This document shows, piece by piece, positions 16,029-29,278 of a stretch of DNA of 64,000 nt. Source of the stretch: Oopsacas minuta (Eukaryota; Animalia; Porifera); assembly GCA_024704765.1 (NCBI GenBank), contig JAKMXF010000310.1:186001-250000 (forward strand). Reading direction: 5' to 3'. Each line of letters begins with the position of its first letter. Within the stretch, counting starts at the first letter, position 1. The notes under the pieces are model-generated. The model made no database searches. It saw only the letters and a program-made list of their open reading frames with translations, and was not told the DNA's origin. The position numbers were made by a program, and so were the translations under genes.

Positions 16029-16545
16029 CTAAAAAAGGGATAGATAAATTATTCCCCTAATTAAATTCTTAATAGAAAAACGCAATCATGAATTAACATT
16101 TACAACAATAGAATAATTACAATAGTACTGGGATGAACAAAATTCGCAATCAAATTTAATATTGAATAGCGTGGGTTATCATAATTATTTGGTATATTAA
16201 TAAATAATCTGAATAATATAAACAGATCGGTTTAATTGAAATTTATAATTGATGACTGAAATAATGATGAAATTGGACTTATTAAATATTTAGTAATTAG
16301 TTGACACAACAAAGGACACAATATGCCAACATTTTCCTTCTTTAACTCAGCTATATTGGATTACCAGGACGGCTTGGTTCTAATTCCGCAAATTCAAGCG
16401 GAGTCCCTTATAGCTATACTTGGCCAGTAGAACACGCCTATAACGAACATGGGTATAGCGAAATCATGGGTAAAACGAACTATTATTACGTCTATTTAAA
16501 TTATATTTATGCATCCAGAACACGGTTATAACAAATTCACATTTA

Positions 16546-16696
16546 CAGTGGTTATCGCTTATAAGAACACCCTTGGGAGTAGCAAAATATGTTCTTATAA
16601 TCGGTATGAATTATACGAGAGTATATTAGAACCGTTTTCCAGGAGAAATGGTTCCAATACCCCGATACCAGTGTCGTTGTCCGCGATACCCCACTG
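16546..16696. mobile_element. Tc1/pogo-type MITE
   Basis: Imperfect TIRs TA-CAGTGG(T/G)..TATCGC...ACAC at both ends, TA flanks. Confidence 0.5.
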
Positions 16697-18269
16697 TATA
16701 TCTTAGTAATGGTATAAATAATACATTGACTTATAGGAATTGGAACTAGTCTATGTGCGATTGGTTGCTTTGAATACATAAATTTCTACTAAACAATAGA
16801 TTTTTAAAGTATTCCATTGAAAAGAAATGAGAATGTATTCTAAATGAGAATGTATTCTATTCAAAATATACTTATCGCGTACTTAAGAATAGAAAATAAA
16901 TAGTTGATGACTGCTATTATTATTATTATTAAAAGATGCCCTACATGTTTTTGAAATAATTATAGGCTACACTAATTTAGAATGGAATAGTATTTCGTAA
17001 ATAGACGGATTAATAATAGACCTTTTGTAAACCCAGTGATCTGTATTATTTCGAAGACTCCAATTATAATGCTTTGCCAAAATTAGCTGAATAATTACAA
17101 ATTAATGGAATTATATGCTATGACGAGTAGACGACCATTCTTCATTCTTCGGGTAAGTAATTATTGACGAATGGTTTGAATTAATAAAATGCTTGGATAG
17201 AAAAACAACGAGGAATCGCAACTGTAGATTTACCCAATTAAAACATTGAGTAATATAACAACTAATTCGCAAACTCTGCACTTTAGCAATTGTCTATATT
17301 ACATAATACTTATCTCATGAATTATCGCGTTCTCAAGATTGAAAAGGCAGGTGACTAGCCTAATAACAGACATGGCACATTAGCATGCGATAAAGTGGTG
17401 AGTAATTAAGTAGATACGCTTCAAGTATTCTGAATCGAAGGATAATAAATGGTACATTTGAATTGCTGAGTTCATCGCACCAAGAATCTCAAAATAAAAT
17501 TTCATTCCTAAATACTAATTCACATTTTGCACCAGTACCATCTCAATTAAAAGCAAAGTAGTTAAATACGCTAGTAACTTAAAATAGAATTGTTCAGATG
17601 CTAAGTTGTAAAAGTCAAATATCGCAAATCAACTGCAGTTAGCAACCAAGTATGTGTTGAGGAATTTATGAATTTCATAAAATACCATAACAACATGCAA
17701 CTATGCTATAAATAAAGTAATCACTAAATGGTTTCTGAGGTTATTATGCTACGAAATATATAGCACATTCTTACTTCCCAAATCCGTTCCTAATGGTTAC
17801 TGGATATTAAATTTCGCATACAATAATAGTGCTTGTGTCATACAATAAGTGAACATTCCTCAAGTAATTTACGGTTGCTATAGAGTAATTGCATTATGTA
17901 ACCAGCGTGAAGTTATGAATATATTAATAATCGGGACATAAAGTTGGGTTTGATAGTTTGCATTGGCTATGTAAATAAAATTATATACTTATTAGTGAAA
18001 TAAATTGATTATAAGAGGGAGGTTGGTATATGGGTAGTCATAGCAAATCTGTCTCTAATATGAATAATTTGTCAATAAGTACACAATAAGTTGGTGGAAC
18101 GTAGAATTATGCAAACTAAAATAATCTCCATATAGTCTACAAGTTCACAGGTCAATCTTTTCGAATTAATAGTCAAATAAACTCCAAAATAGATTAGATT
18201 AATTTTATCAGTTTGCGACTCCATGGTAAATAGTTACGAGTATTTGGTGAAAAATAATGCAAGAATTAA

Positions 18270-18554
18270 CTATGTAGAAAAAGAATCATATTTTTGAATC
18301 AGCCAGTATTTAGAATAGCAGGTTTCTAATGAAAATATTGACAGGTTAGAAATGAAAAGTAGTAAAACATGAATTATATAAAATTTATAGTATGTAATTA
18401 TACGACACTCAATATTCTCACCCTCAGAGCCACCAATTGAGTTGGAGTGAGAAGTTTGTATTGAATCCGAGACTGAAACATCTCTTGATTTAAATGAGAA
18501 ATTCGCGGAGCTAGATAACATTTGATCCAATCCGAAATTGTCGACAGAATTCAT
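18270..18554 (-). other. candidate first coding exon of the MBT/SAM gene
   Basis: ATG-initiated Ser-rich stretch (MNSVDNFGLDQMLSSS...) that decays into AT-rich intron-like sequence; same strand and upstream of the 16028 acceptor; splice path not established. Confidence 0.3.
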
Positions 18555-21500
18555 AATAAGTACACAAGTCTATGGGATGTAGAAGAGAATAAACTGTTCA
18601 ATTAGGAGTACTAGACGTAGTTGTTCGTTTATATACTTGTGTATACTTACAATATAAGAAGCGTAGTGTTTGGGAGTTATATTATTGCATGAGCAACGTA
18701 ACAGACTTGCGAGTTTAATTCGAGTAATTATACTATGGATTTGTTTAGGCGGGCAAGTGCAAAGTACGATTAATATGTAGTTCGAATTGTTGAATAACTT
18801 GCGCGTAATTTATAGCGAAATGCTGCTGAGTATGCATATTCCAGACATTCAAGAGCGAATGAAGATTTGTTCAAACTCATTAATTTGGTTGATCAAGTTC
18901 GAAAGATTAACAATCGAATAGCAGACAGAAAACAAGTCTATTTAAATCAATTGAAATAGAATTTACTCAAATCTAATAAAGACTAACTAACCGATATATC
19001 AAATAACCATTTTCGTTGCGTTAATATAACACTGCAAACCGCATTTTCAGCAAAATTTGGATGCTACAGTTAACTGGACCACTTCAAATCCGTCCCGCCG
19101 GGCCCGTTAGTGGATTTAAAATCAAATGTATGTGGATGTATCATACAATATTTGGAAATTCATTGAATAACACAGACAGACCCTTGAAACACCAGTTAAT
19201 TAAAATATACACATGTTGACAAAAATCATTGATAATTAATTTAGTAATGTCATTTTCACGCCATATTATATGTGCCGTAAGAGACTAAGGGTTGAATACT
19301 AATTGTATCAAAAAGCAATACAGTATACACAAATGTGATAGACCCCTATCTTATAATATTGCATGCGACAGAGGCGGCATCCAATCCGAATAATGAGGGC
19401 TTTATAAATATCCTCTGGGAAACACACATAACACCTTAGGTTATGAGCATGGGAGAAAAGAATATATGTTACTCACATAGAGTTCTCAAGTTAAGCGAAG
19501 TGAGTATACATAATTAAGTATGAACAATCTTTATTGTATGAAACTAACTTGAGAGAACTACATTACTCTATAAGCCTCTGCTATATTTAATCTCAAAACT
19601 GACATAATTATGAAAGTTAAAGAACTGGTACAACTAGTAATAATTGAGTACAATCAAGTACAGTATATAATAGATATAGTGATATTTTGGTCCAGTGGCG
19701 GCCCTAGCCAGCAGCTACTGGTGGGGCACAGGCCCCACCCTCGCGCCGTCTCTGTTTTGTTTGGCACAAATATCTGTGCTCCTAGTGTTATCACTATATC
19801 TATTATTTACTGTAATAACATTTACTGCTAGAGGAGATAAATCTTCCATGCCATGCCTACAGTTAGTATTCTTTATTAACCTTTAGAATAATTATTAATA
19901 AATTATGGTAGGAATTGCTCTCGGTTAATTATGTATTATGATAATAGTGTTATAGATAAAAATCTTTGTACAAATTGAACGAAAAATAGGAATTACAAGA
20001 ATCTCGATTTTAATACGATTACAAAATACCTATACTACGCACAACCAACCAACAAACAAGCGCATCTGTGTATTATTAAACGAATGATTAAATAATTAGC
20101 ATCTGCTGAATGAATTTTACAAAGTTATTGAAAGTCAGGTAAACAATATTCGGTTATATTGAGCAACAAGTGAATCTGTATACAAGGTGTATTACATTAG
20201 GTCCTCAGTATATTACCTCGAAATGACCCCAAATTTGCATGTAAATGGTTTAAAACTTAGTTAGTTGGAATTAATTAACGACATATTGTAGCTCAAAAGG
20301 TTTAATATAATCAATCTTATATGCAGAACGTCTATCTGTAGACGGTTTATAATTACTCATAGGACATTATACAACATTTTGTAGACCGAGAAAACCAATA
20401 TCAATAGTTTGAAGATTGTTTTAGCTATGTCCTGGGAAAAACCTGAGTCAACACTATACAAAAAGGCGGTCTGTAATTAAGATTATTCTTTAAGATATTA
20501 TTTGGTAATATAGTTAGGATCGTGTATCATGAGCCCGTTCATTGTAAAATCCTATATTATGAACCAAGTCGATGGCCCTGATAAATGATTAACATATGAT
20601 TTTCATAAAAACTAAGTCGCTTAAAATAAAGCAGGGTTGGAACCGCTCGAACCGAATATCAGTATTTATGTATAGCAGCCTTACCGAATACTGATACGAA
20701 TTCTGATATTATATCCTGTTGGTGACCGAGCATCATCAACTATTCCAAATATTATTCGATTGCAATCTTGATGTCAATTGCTACTATTCCGAATAACATT
20801 GCAACTTGAGAGGATTAAATCAGCAGATTGATAAATATTAGTTTATCTTGGGTGAATAAATATAGTGTCAAAATAATCAAAATATACACATTTAATCCAT
20901 TTTAATAGATCGTATTATGCGTCAGTAAATTTCGTTGAGTCTATAATGTGGGCATAAATTATCTACAAATGAAACTCAAAGCTGTAATTGAATTAAATAG
21001 TGGTAGTTAATGAAATACAAACTATGACATAAGTTGTATGCAAATTTTATTTAACCAATTTCTAAAGAACCACAAAAACAATATACATCTGAATTTATTG
21101 AAAAAGTATACTCTCTAAGTGTTACTAATTAAGTCGTAAGTTGAATGAATTTACCGTACAAATATGCGAACTTTATTAGAAACTATCTCAAGTAATAAAT
21201 AATAGTAATATAGGCAACCATTTCAATACTGGACCACTAAACTACAAGATAGCGGCACAGTAAAAATGAACTCCGTCATCTAGCAATATTGTACGTATTA
21301 TAGTAATTGCGAATAGACGTACATAACAGTACATAACAGTACATAACAGTATATTTGTATATTTGACAATACTTAATTGAATTCTTTTCAGGATTAATTA
21401 ATTTCCTTGGGTAAGTCTAAGAAATAATTATGTAAAGAGAAATTAAATGTAACCTGAGAAATAATATCGTGTAAGATTTAGGAATTAAATAAAACACCAA

Positions 21501-22015
21501 AAAGGAGCTCAAATAAAGTAAATTAAACTATAAATTTCGGTAAAAATACAAATATCAAGAAAGAAGAAATTCGTGAAAAGAAAATACAATTAAACATCAA
21601 TACAAAATGTTGTATCTTGTATGTACTAGAATTGTACCTATTCAAAATTTCCCAATTATGCGAAACAATGCACTAAACTATTTCGATTGGATTCTCATAT
21701 CATCGCTTTGTCGAGAAAATATTATAAATTAAACTATACTATTTTCCTCGACACAAGCAGCTTTGCTTGCACGTGTCACGCGGTTTGCGAACACTCTGTG
21801 TTCGCATGTAGCTCAGCACTTCGTGCCTCGAATTTTTCATAAGAACAACTATTATTTACACATGAGTACGAAATTCGGAATCAACATACTAATTACCCTG
21901 GTATAACAGTAGAAACCAAACTATAAGAAATGTGTTTACTTTACACACCTAAACAACAACAATTGTCAACAAATATTCACAAGATGTTGTTGACAACTCA
22001 TATTTGGAAACAGGG

Positions 22016-24985
22016 CACAGTGGGCATTTTTGGGGGGTGAAATGGAAATAGGAAAACCATGCAAGGTAGAGATATATAATGCATTATTAGCCAATAGAAA
22101 TTACCCCTGAGAAAACGATTTCTGCATAAAAAAATCTAGGTCATCTCATTAAATGTTATGACGTCATGGACACCTTTCATATTATCATAAATTATAGTTT
22201 TTGAGCTTAAAATTCAGTTACTAGAGGCGATAGAAAGCTTATTTTGGATCATAGACACACATTTAACATACCCACATTTTAATAGTATCTTGTGCTTCCA
22301 TCTATTTCAATCATTATTTATTAGCAAGTTAATTGTGAGAAAAGAATTTCTTGGTCTGGAGGTTCAGAAGAGTGGGTTTTCTTGCTTGCTTTTGTAAATT
22401 TTCTATACACATTGAGGACAGGATCACTATTACACATCAGTCGTATAAAGATATCTCGAGTATTCAGAGAAAACGACATTTTTCTGGCAAGGTGTTCGCG
22501 ATACCTTCGAACGAGTTTGTTTGAAACTTCAACTGCTTCTTCAGAGAAGACTTTAAGTCCATGGCTATTGTTACAAGTTCTAATGAGTTCTGAAGAATGG
22601 GCTAGTAATTTATGCAAGGTTGGACTGATGTTTGCCCAAGGGAACCTGATTACAATGTATTTGTATGTGTCCTTGCAAAGAATATCCAGTCTTTCAGTGT
22701 TTATCTCTCGGTCGCTGTTGTAAATACGCAAACATACTGAAAGGTTAGTGTGGATGACCTTTATATTTTCATGGTATTCTGTTGGTATCAAGGAACAAAC
22801 CCAGTAAAGAAATTGGTTTTTGTCCAAGAAACAATTTCGAGCAACATTGCCAGTTGATGTAGTGCCACCATCACTGCTGGGTTGATCAATCTTCATACCA
22901 GCCTTTCCATCAATAAGCCTGAAACAAACTTCATTGAGTTTTTTATGCCTAAGGATGATGGTGACCACTTCCTTGCACCTGATTGCAGATGATAAACCAG
23001 GGTCATAAACCATCTGAAGATGCACAAATATGAATGTAATGGAGAAGAGCAAATTTGTCGATGTCGGAAATAGGTTGGTGAGTCAATCCAAGACGGTCAT
23101 TGGAACTTAGAGATAGAAATTCTACTTCATTCACACTTTGAAACAGTTCTTTAGCCGATGTTAGTGAACGATTAATAGGAAAACCATCTCGTATAAGTTC
23201 GACATCATGCAGTTGTTTGAAAGTCGCAGTACAGAGTTGGCAGTGAGCACCACCGGCTCCAGATAGAATTCCTGCCATTTTTCCATCGAACATGGTCCTG
23301 AGCAATTTTATCCTCACAAGTCCTTGCGAGAGTGGTATCCCATTTTCTTCCATGTCTGCTACGTAAGGATTGATATAAGTATCCATTAGATGACGTACAT
23401 TTCCGCTATTTTCTTTGGCAGCTAGTAAAGTGACTGGGTGAATCTGAAATTGTGAGTTGGGCCTTTCGTTTTCCCAAATAAGTTCGTTTGCGCTGTCGTC
23501 AATCGCGAGAAGTTTGAAAGCAAAGATAATGAAATTTTTGGAACCAATATTTGGTGACTCTTGAATCTGATTATAAACTTGATGGGATCCAGATCCATCC
23601 AAGCCATCTGTTGCAGAAAATGTCAACGGGAATTCAAATTCAGAATCTGTGGGAAGTGATTCGAGTAGGCGGGAAATTGTCTGTTTGATGATAGAGATGT
23701 AAGATATCCCTACTCCCATAGGCGTATCAGACACATTGCGGATAAAAATGAATTCCTTCTCCAGAGTAATATCTGCTCGATACTGGGAAATTAGCTCATA
23801 CTTAGGGAATAGTACATTGTCTGACTTACAAAGTCTCCTCAATTCAATGTACTTTCGCTTACCTATTTCCAGTTGCCCTAGGAGGAACGTAGACTTAGCA
23901 ATTGAGATGTGTCTTTATATTGCCTTGAAATGTGCCTTTGCTGACTATTTCCAGACAGAAGGAACTGGTGGAGTAATCTCCTGAAGAAGATGAGACAAAT
24001 TGCAGAGCCATGGCTGCTATCGTTTTGCTATCCACGTTCTCATTAGCTGCTAAGCTTTTAATCAGGGCTTCAAGAGGTTCCAGATGTACCCTTTGTCCTT
24101 TAATTGTTAATTCTAGGAATGGTTTCCTGATAGCCTTTGCATGAACTTGATTAGGAGTACAAATATCACCTTCAGACAATAACCGCCTCTTCTCTGCCAA
24201 TGTTGAATTGTCAAAGAATATCATATCATCCCATGTATTTAGGTCGTTTCTTTTACGAAATATCTCTCTATCACCCTTCAACTCAACGAATTTGTATCGG
24301 ATACAACTATAATATTTATCATCAAGTTGCTGACTATCCATAAATACGATTGTTGCATCTCTGACAGATTTACGTGAGGATAGAAAGTCAAAAGCTTCCT
24401 TGTTATTCATAATGCTAATATTTCATAGGGAAATTTTACATTAAAGTTACACCCATTCAAATGAATGTTTAATACTTTGGGCGCCCTCCGGCGGGTCTAA
24501 ACTATTATATTTTTTGAATGTATTATTATAACCTACATTTTAAGACCAGTGAGAGTTCACGCAATGAAACGCCACAACAAGTTTCAGCATAAAATATCCT
24601 GTGGACGCCGAAAAAAATGTCCTAAATAGTCATCGTGTTTTATCTAGTTTTAGAATAGAAAGTTAGAAACCAAACGACATTTCAAGATGTAAATTAGATA
24701 CTTGAAATATAAATGTTTCATTATTGTAAAGGAATTCTTTCTTCTTAGTTACAAGTGCTAAAAATATAACTATGAAACTTGATCGATTTTGATATACCAC
24801 ACAACAGAAATTCCAATTACAAGAAGCCGCAAATATTCATCACCATAACAACCAATTTACTTGTTGAATCAGAATGAAATTACTAATTTCTAGGTTTGAA
24901 ACGATTGTGAATTCAATGATAATAAGGAAATACAATTCTGAGGGGGTAAAAATTTCATGCTATTTCCAGCAAAAAGCCCACTGTG
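22016..24985 (-). mobile_element. Transib / RAG1-like DDE DNA transposon, full length (2,970 bp), RSS-like asymmetric TIRs
   Basis: Both termini begin CACAGTGGGC; perfect 5-bp TSD CAGGG (22011-22015 and 24986-24990); internal transposase with Transib/RAG1 motifs. Confidence 0.93.
22321..24410 (-). pseudogene. Transib/RAG1-like transposase, about 696 aa when three single-base frameshifts (about 23905, 23050, 22895) are repaired
   Basis: Catalytic D (GLDGSGSHQVY), D (TMFDGKM) and E (FSEEAVEVSNK); Zn ligands HCQLC and LHKLLAH; WENERPNS; SPLHSYL (in a third frame missed by the ORF track); GGTTSTGNVAR; RRYREHLARK...SDP; N-terminal segment similar to the RAG1 nonamer-binding domain. Confidence 0.88.
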
Positions 24986-27108
24986 CAGGGTACTTGATTA
25001 CCCCCAGTATAACCATTGAAATCAAGTTTCTGAGACTATTATGATATTCGTTTACTATATATACAGAAAAACAACAATTAATCTACATATGAGAAACTTG
25101 AAATTCGGATTCAGAATACTTGGATGCACCATTGTAGCCGTTAAGAGTAAGTCTATACGTATATTTTGATATTTCAATTATTGTTTATTTTATATTTATA
25201 AAGACAACAAATAAATTTACATATGGTTAATACTCAAAAGTGTAAACATCAGATTCAGCATTTTCGATATAATTGTTAAATTTTATTGAATTCTGTTTAC
25301 TCTTTTGGTAAACACAATAAATACGGTACATAGTTATGCGACATCTCATAATTGAGAAATTTGAATTTGATACAACATTCCATAAATTCTTCCCTTGACA
25401 ACGGACAAAATAGCAATTTAATAATATAGATTATTGGTATGTATTGTGTATTACAATGCATGTGTATATGGTATCAAATTGATGTATAGAACATTATTGT
25501 GTGGAATTAGAGTATAAAACCACAGATTATGCACATTCATTCATTTTATTTACTGATAGCAAAACAACATTGCAAAAACAAAACAATTTGCAAATTACAA
25601 TATTAGGACATCTTAGATGGTTTGAATAAATTTATAAAAGAGATCACATTAACTTGGACATTTACTCAGTCTTCAAACATTGAATATTCAAAAATAGTTT
25701 ATATAAATTTGTGCATCTTCAAGTCCAAAAAATACATAGAAAAAGACGACGATAACATTTACCCAATTCAACGGAAAATCGAACAATTTTTACTCAAATA
25801 AGTAATTAGGTTATTTGTTTTTTCTTTATGAGGTTGAACAGAAAACTCTCACAGAAGTTTGATACGTCTATAATTAACACAATTTTGTCTCAGTAATCGC
25901 GAAAAGTTTTGATATACGAATACACATATCATAAATCTTAAACAATTAAAATACACAAACCATAAAAATATACATACCTTTCACAAAATATTCATACTTA
26001 CAAGCAATTAATATATACATATGATGGAGTAATGGTGTTAATGGCGCATAAACGTATAAACCATATGAAGGATGGCTATGAAAGTTGTTAAGTAAATCTG
26101 AATGGATTCCTCAAATCTGGGACCCCCCAAAAAATCGAATACATAAGTGCATTGCGTACACAATACACTTACATTATTTCCTTAGAAAAGTAGCTAGTAC
26201 ACCTAGTGGTCCATGAGCACAGACTAATATTCGAGTAAATATGGTATAAACAATTACGTAGGAGAATCAAAATCATGAATATTTAACATCCAATAAACAA
26301 GAGTTCCGCTTTAAACTCAAATTAGACATAATACAATATTATTCAGCTATATTGTATGTTATCTGCATTTTAATAATAGTAATGAATAATTAAGTTAAGA
26401 ATAACATATAATTCCCTATGACACTAGAGTTCCCCTACAGGAAACCTGCGTATGTCTCCTGAATTGCCTTACAAAAATCCTATACAACTAATTATCTCTG
26501 TCGTAAAGCCTAATGGGTAGAGGAAGTTTCGTATCTATTGCTTGGCTACCCCTTAATTTTGTTCAGGGGATCATTACTCGGTGTTAGAAAAAATTCATTA
26601 ATCTAAGTAGTAAGTACTCGAATCAATTGCCCAAAATGTGTCCTAATTTATATATATTTGACTGGCATCCCTAGTACATATTCTGTATACGATAATACAG
26701 TAACAAATCAACTCAATAATACTACATACTTGAGGAAATAGTCCATACTATAACTATAACTACTAGTGATAAATTGTAATAAGAAAAGAGCTGTTTATTC
26801 ACTCTATTAACTTATCATATTAAAAGCCATGATTAATTTAATTCAAATGCTATACATCATTGCATTTTGTCACAGCAGACCCAGACACTGAGGTAGGCCA
26901 TATTTTACACTACTATCTTAAGCATTACGACACTTTGCATCGTGGATATACCACAAAACTATTCTTGGTTGTTTCTTGTTTATTCGTGATCGTGGAACTC
27001 AACAATTCATATACGTTACAAAGTAATATAATGAATAGTCTCTAGCCTAGTAAAATAATACATCCTCTAATTTCAACAGGGAGGGAGATCATATTTACAA
27101 ATTAAAAA

Positions 27109-28692
27109 TCAGAATATTGGTAACTGCTCTACTGAAATCTGAAATATTACACTGTCCTCATTGCAATAAGTATTTTCTAATATTCTAGTATTTGAAATGA
27201 ATGCAGGAGATCCAAAGGCTTCATTTCTAAACTCAGAAGGCCTACGGAAGCTATTAGGAAATTTCTCCATATCTTCCATTGACACTTCATAACAGCAAAT
27301 TAAATTATCTTCATGGTTAATCTGATCCAGTAGGACAATAGTTAATTTGAATCTGAATGGCCATAGTAGTTGATCATCAAAATCTCCTTTCATTAAGTAA
27401 ATGAAGCAACCTACTCTCCCAGAATCATTACAGTCCCATCTGATATAGCCCTGGAATAAATACAGACCGATATAGAATGGATCACTAAATGTATTCTCTT
27501 TGTTTTGTATCTTATCATTAACTGACTGGATCCTCCATTCTACATTCGCTGCATATAGTGAGTGAGGAGATTCTGGTAATTCTGTATGTGTTAAATAGTC
27601 ACCATTCTGTTTTTCCAAATTGGATAATCTTTCCTTTGCTCTTTCCAATTCAGCACTCATTTTGTCAAAAGCTTTTAGTTTCGATTCTTTCATAACATTT
27701 TGTGTTTCTAACACTTTAACTCTCTCTTGCAAGTTGTCAAGCTTGGCAGTATATTGATTACAGGATATAATGTGCTCTTGTTTCATTTCTGCTAATTCTG
27801 TAATTTTCTTTTCATTCTCATTTTCTAAAAACCCTATCCTCTCGTATGCTTTGTTAAGTCTGTCTTGGATCTGAGTAATAGATAATTTAAAATCAGAGTG
27901 TACATATTTCCTCTCTTCAATATCCTTCTCTCTCTCCTCCATCTGCTCAGAAAGATGAGACTGTACTTTCTGTAGCGGACACTCATCTACCAAATGACCA
28001 AGGACATCTCTTCTCTTCACTTGTTTGGTTACTCCCTCCCCTTCTATTACACATCGGTTTGGACAAAGAACTAGGAAGTCATTACATACCTCCAGGTGAG
28101 GATTCATTTGACAAGCTTTCACTGATTTGCTACAGAATTCACAAATTTGTTCCCTCAAGGGACATGAGTCTCTCTTGTGTGCTGACAACAGTCTTCTCTC
28201 TAGTTTAAGTACTTTCCCTTCCCTCTCTCCTTCTAGAGAGGCACATCCTAGAGGACATAGCTCAGGAAGAAATTCACATTCTCCTAAGTGTAGTTCTACT
28301 TTACTTAATGAGTCAGTCCAATTACAGCCACTGTTCTTCAGAGGACAACAAATCTACAAATAAATAAATATTTGTAACACAAACAGATAACTACAAATAA
28401 ACTGCGTAGTTACCATTTTCTCGTTGACAATAATACGGTTCATTTCTACCGGTTGCCATGATATTCCTTCAGGAATGCAGACTCCACATCTAAATTTCTC
28501 TTGATAGAAACATGCATTTCTTAACAGACCATTACAACAGCTACATAACAATAACTTCTCCTCTACTTTACTTGATAGCTTTTCTAGTAACAAATCTACT
28601 CTCCAGCCTCTATAGCTCCCATCCTCACCCCTCATAAACACTAGGTCTTCTTTTCCCTCAAACTCGGGTAATATTTTAGTCTCTGCTGACAT
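27109..28692 (-). CDS. TNF receptor-associated factor (TRAF)-like protein; exons 28692 (or 28710)-28414 and 28353-27109
   Basis: Degenerate RING (CSCC...RCGVC), TRAF-type Zn fingers, coiled coil, C-terminal MATH domain (VEWRI...FIYLMKGDFDDQLLWPF...LLDQ...FGSPAF); 60-bp in-frame GT-AG intron. Confidence 0.88.
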
Positions 28693-28768
28693 CTTATATA
28701 CTGTAAACATAGCATAATAACGTTATAGAATCCCTACTTTGATAAGCTAGTGCTTGGGACATGTCGAC

Positions 28769-28975
28769 CAGGGCCGGGATAGCTAGGACAAAGAGAAGGG
28801 GTGTACATTCATCCCAAGTGACCAGCAGGATTGCATCAATAACTTGTATTACGATATTAGCAATTTCGAACTATATTCGTCTTAAGATAGACTCCGCTCG
28901 GCTCAAGGAGCCAGAAACAGAACCATACAAAGTATCATTTTACTCCTGTTAATCGGGTCAAAATAGCCTGGCCTG
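28769..28975. mobile_element. hAT-like MITE
   Basis: Termini CAGGGCCGG / CCTGGCCTG, imperfect 8-bp flanks ATGTCGAC / ATGTGACC. Confidence 0.4.
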
Positions 28976-29278
28976 ATGTGACCCTATTTATTAACAAATA
29001 ACAACAATTTTGAAATTAAGAAAGTCCAATGTTAGCGTAACATAATAAGTTAATAACTGAGCCAGATAATATGTTACATATGTATACTTACATGCAAATC
29101 CTGTGTTGACATCTAGAATTACATAATGTATATGTACTAATTATAGAAATAATAGGATCACCTGTATAAGATTGTAAAACTTGCTTCATTTTACAAACGT
29201 ATACGTATATCAAACGTATACGTATATCAAATTAGAATAAATACAAGTATACATCGATTTCAGAGTAAAGTCAAATAA

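Larger units (their letters stand above)
21975..25430 (-). mobile_element. Helitron-family repeat (reverse orientation) split by the Transib insertion: pieces about 21975-22015 and 24986-25430
   Basis: Minus strand starts A|TCTATATTATTAAA at 25430; sequence on both sides of the Transib aligns contiguously to paralogous copies at about 52205-52280 and 53150-53220. Confidence 0.6.

Noticed and set aside
22050-22058. AGGAAAACC resembling the vertebrate nonamer ACAAAAACC at 27-bp spacing
   Set aside because: Present at one end only; the symmetric TGGAAATAG block is the better-supported second element.
22382-22723. Plus-strand ORFs inside the Transib (also 23736-23984) as a convergent second gene
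   Set aside because: Antisense shadows of the transposase with no recognisable motifs; far too short for RAG2L.
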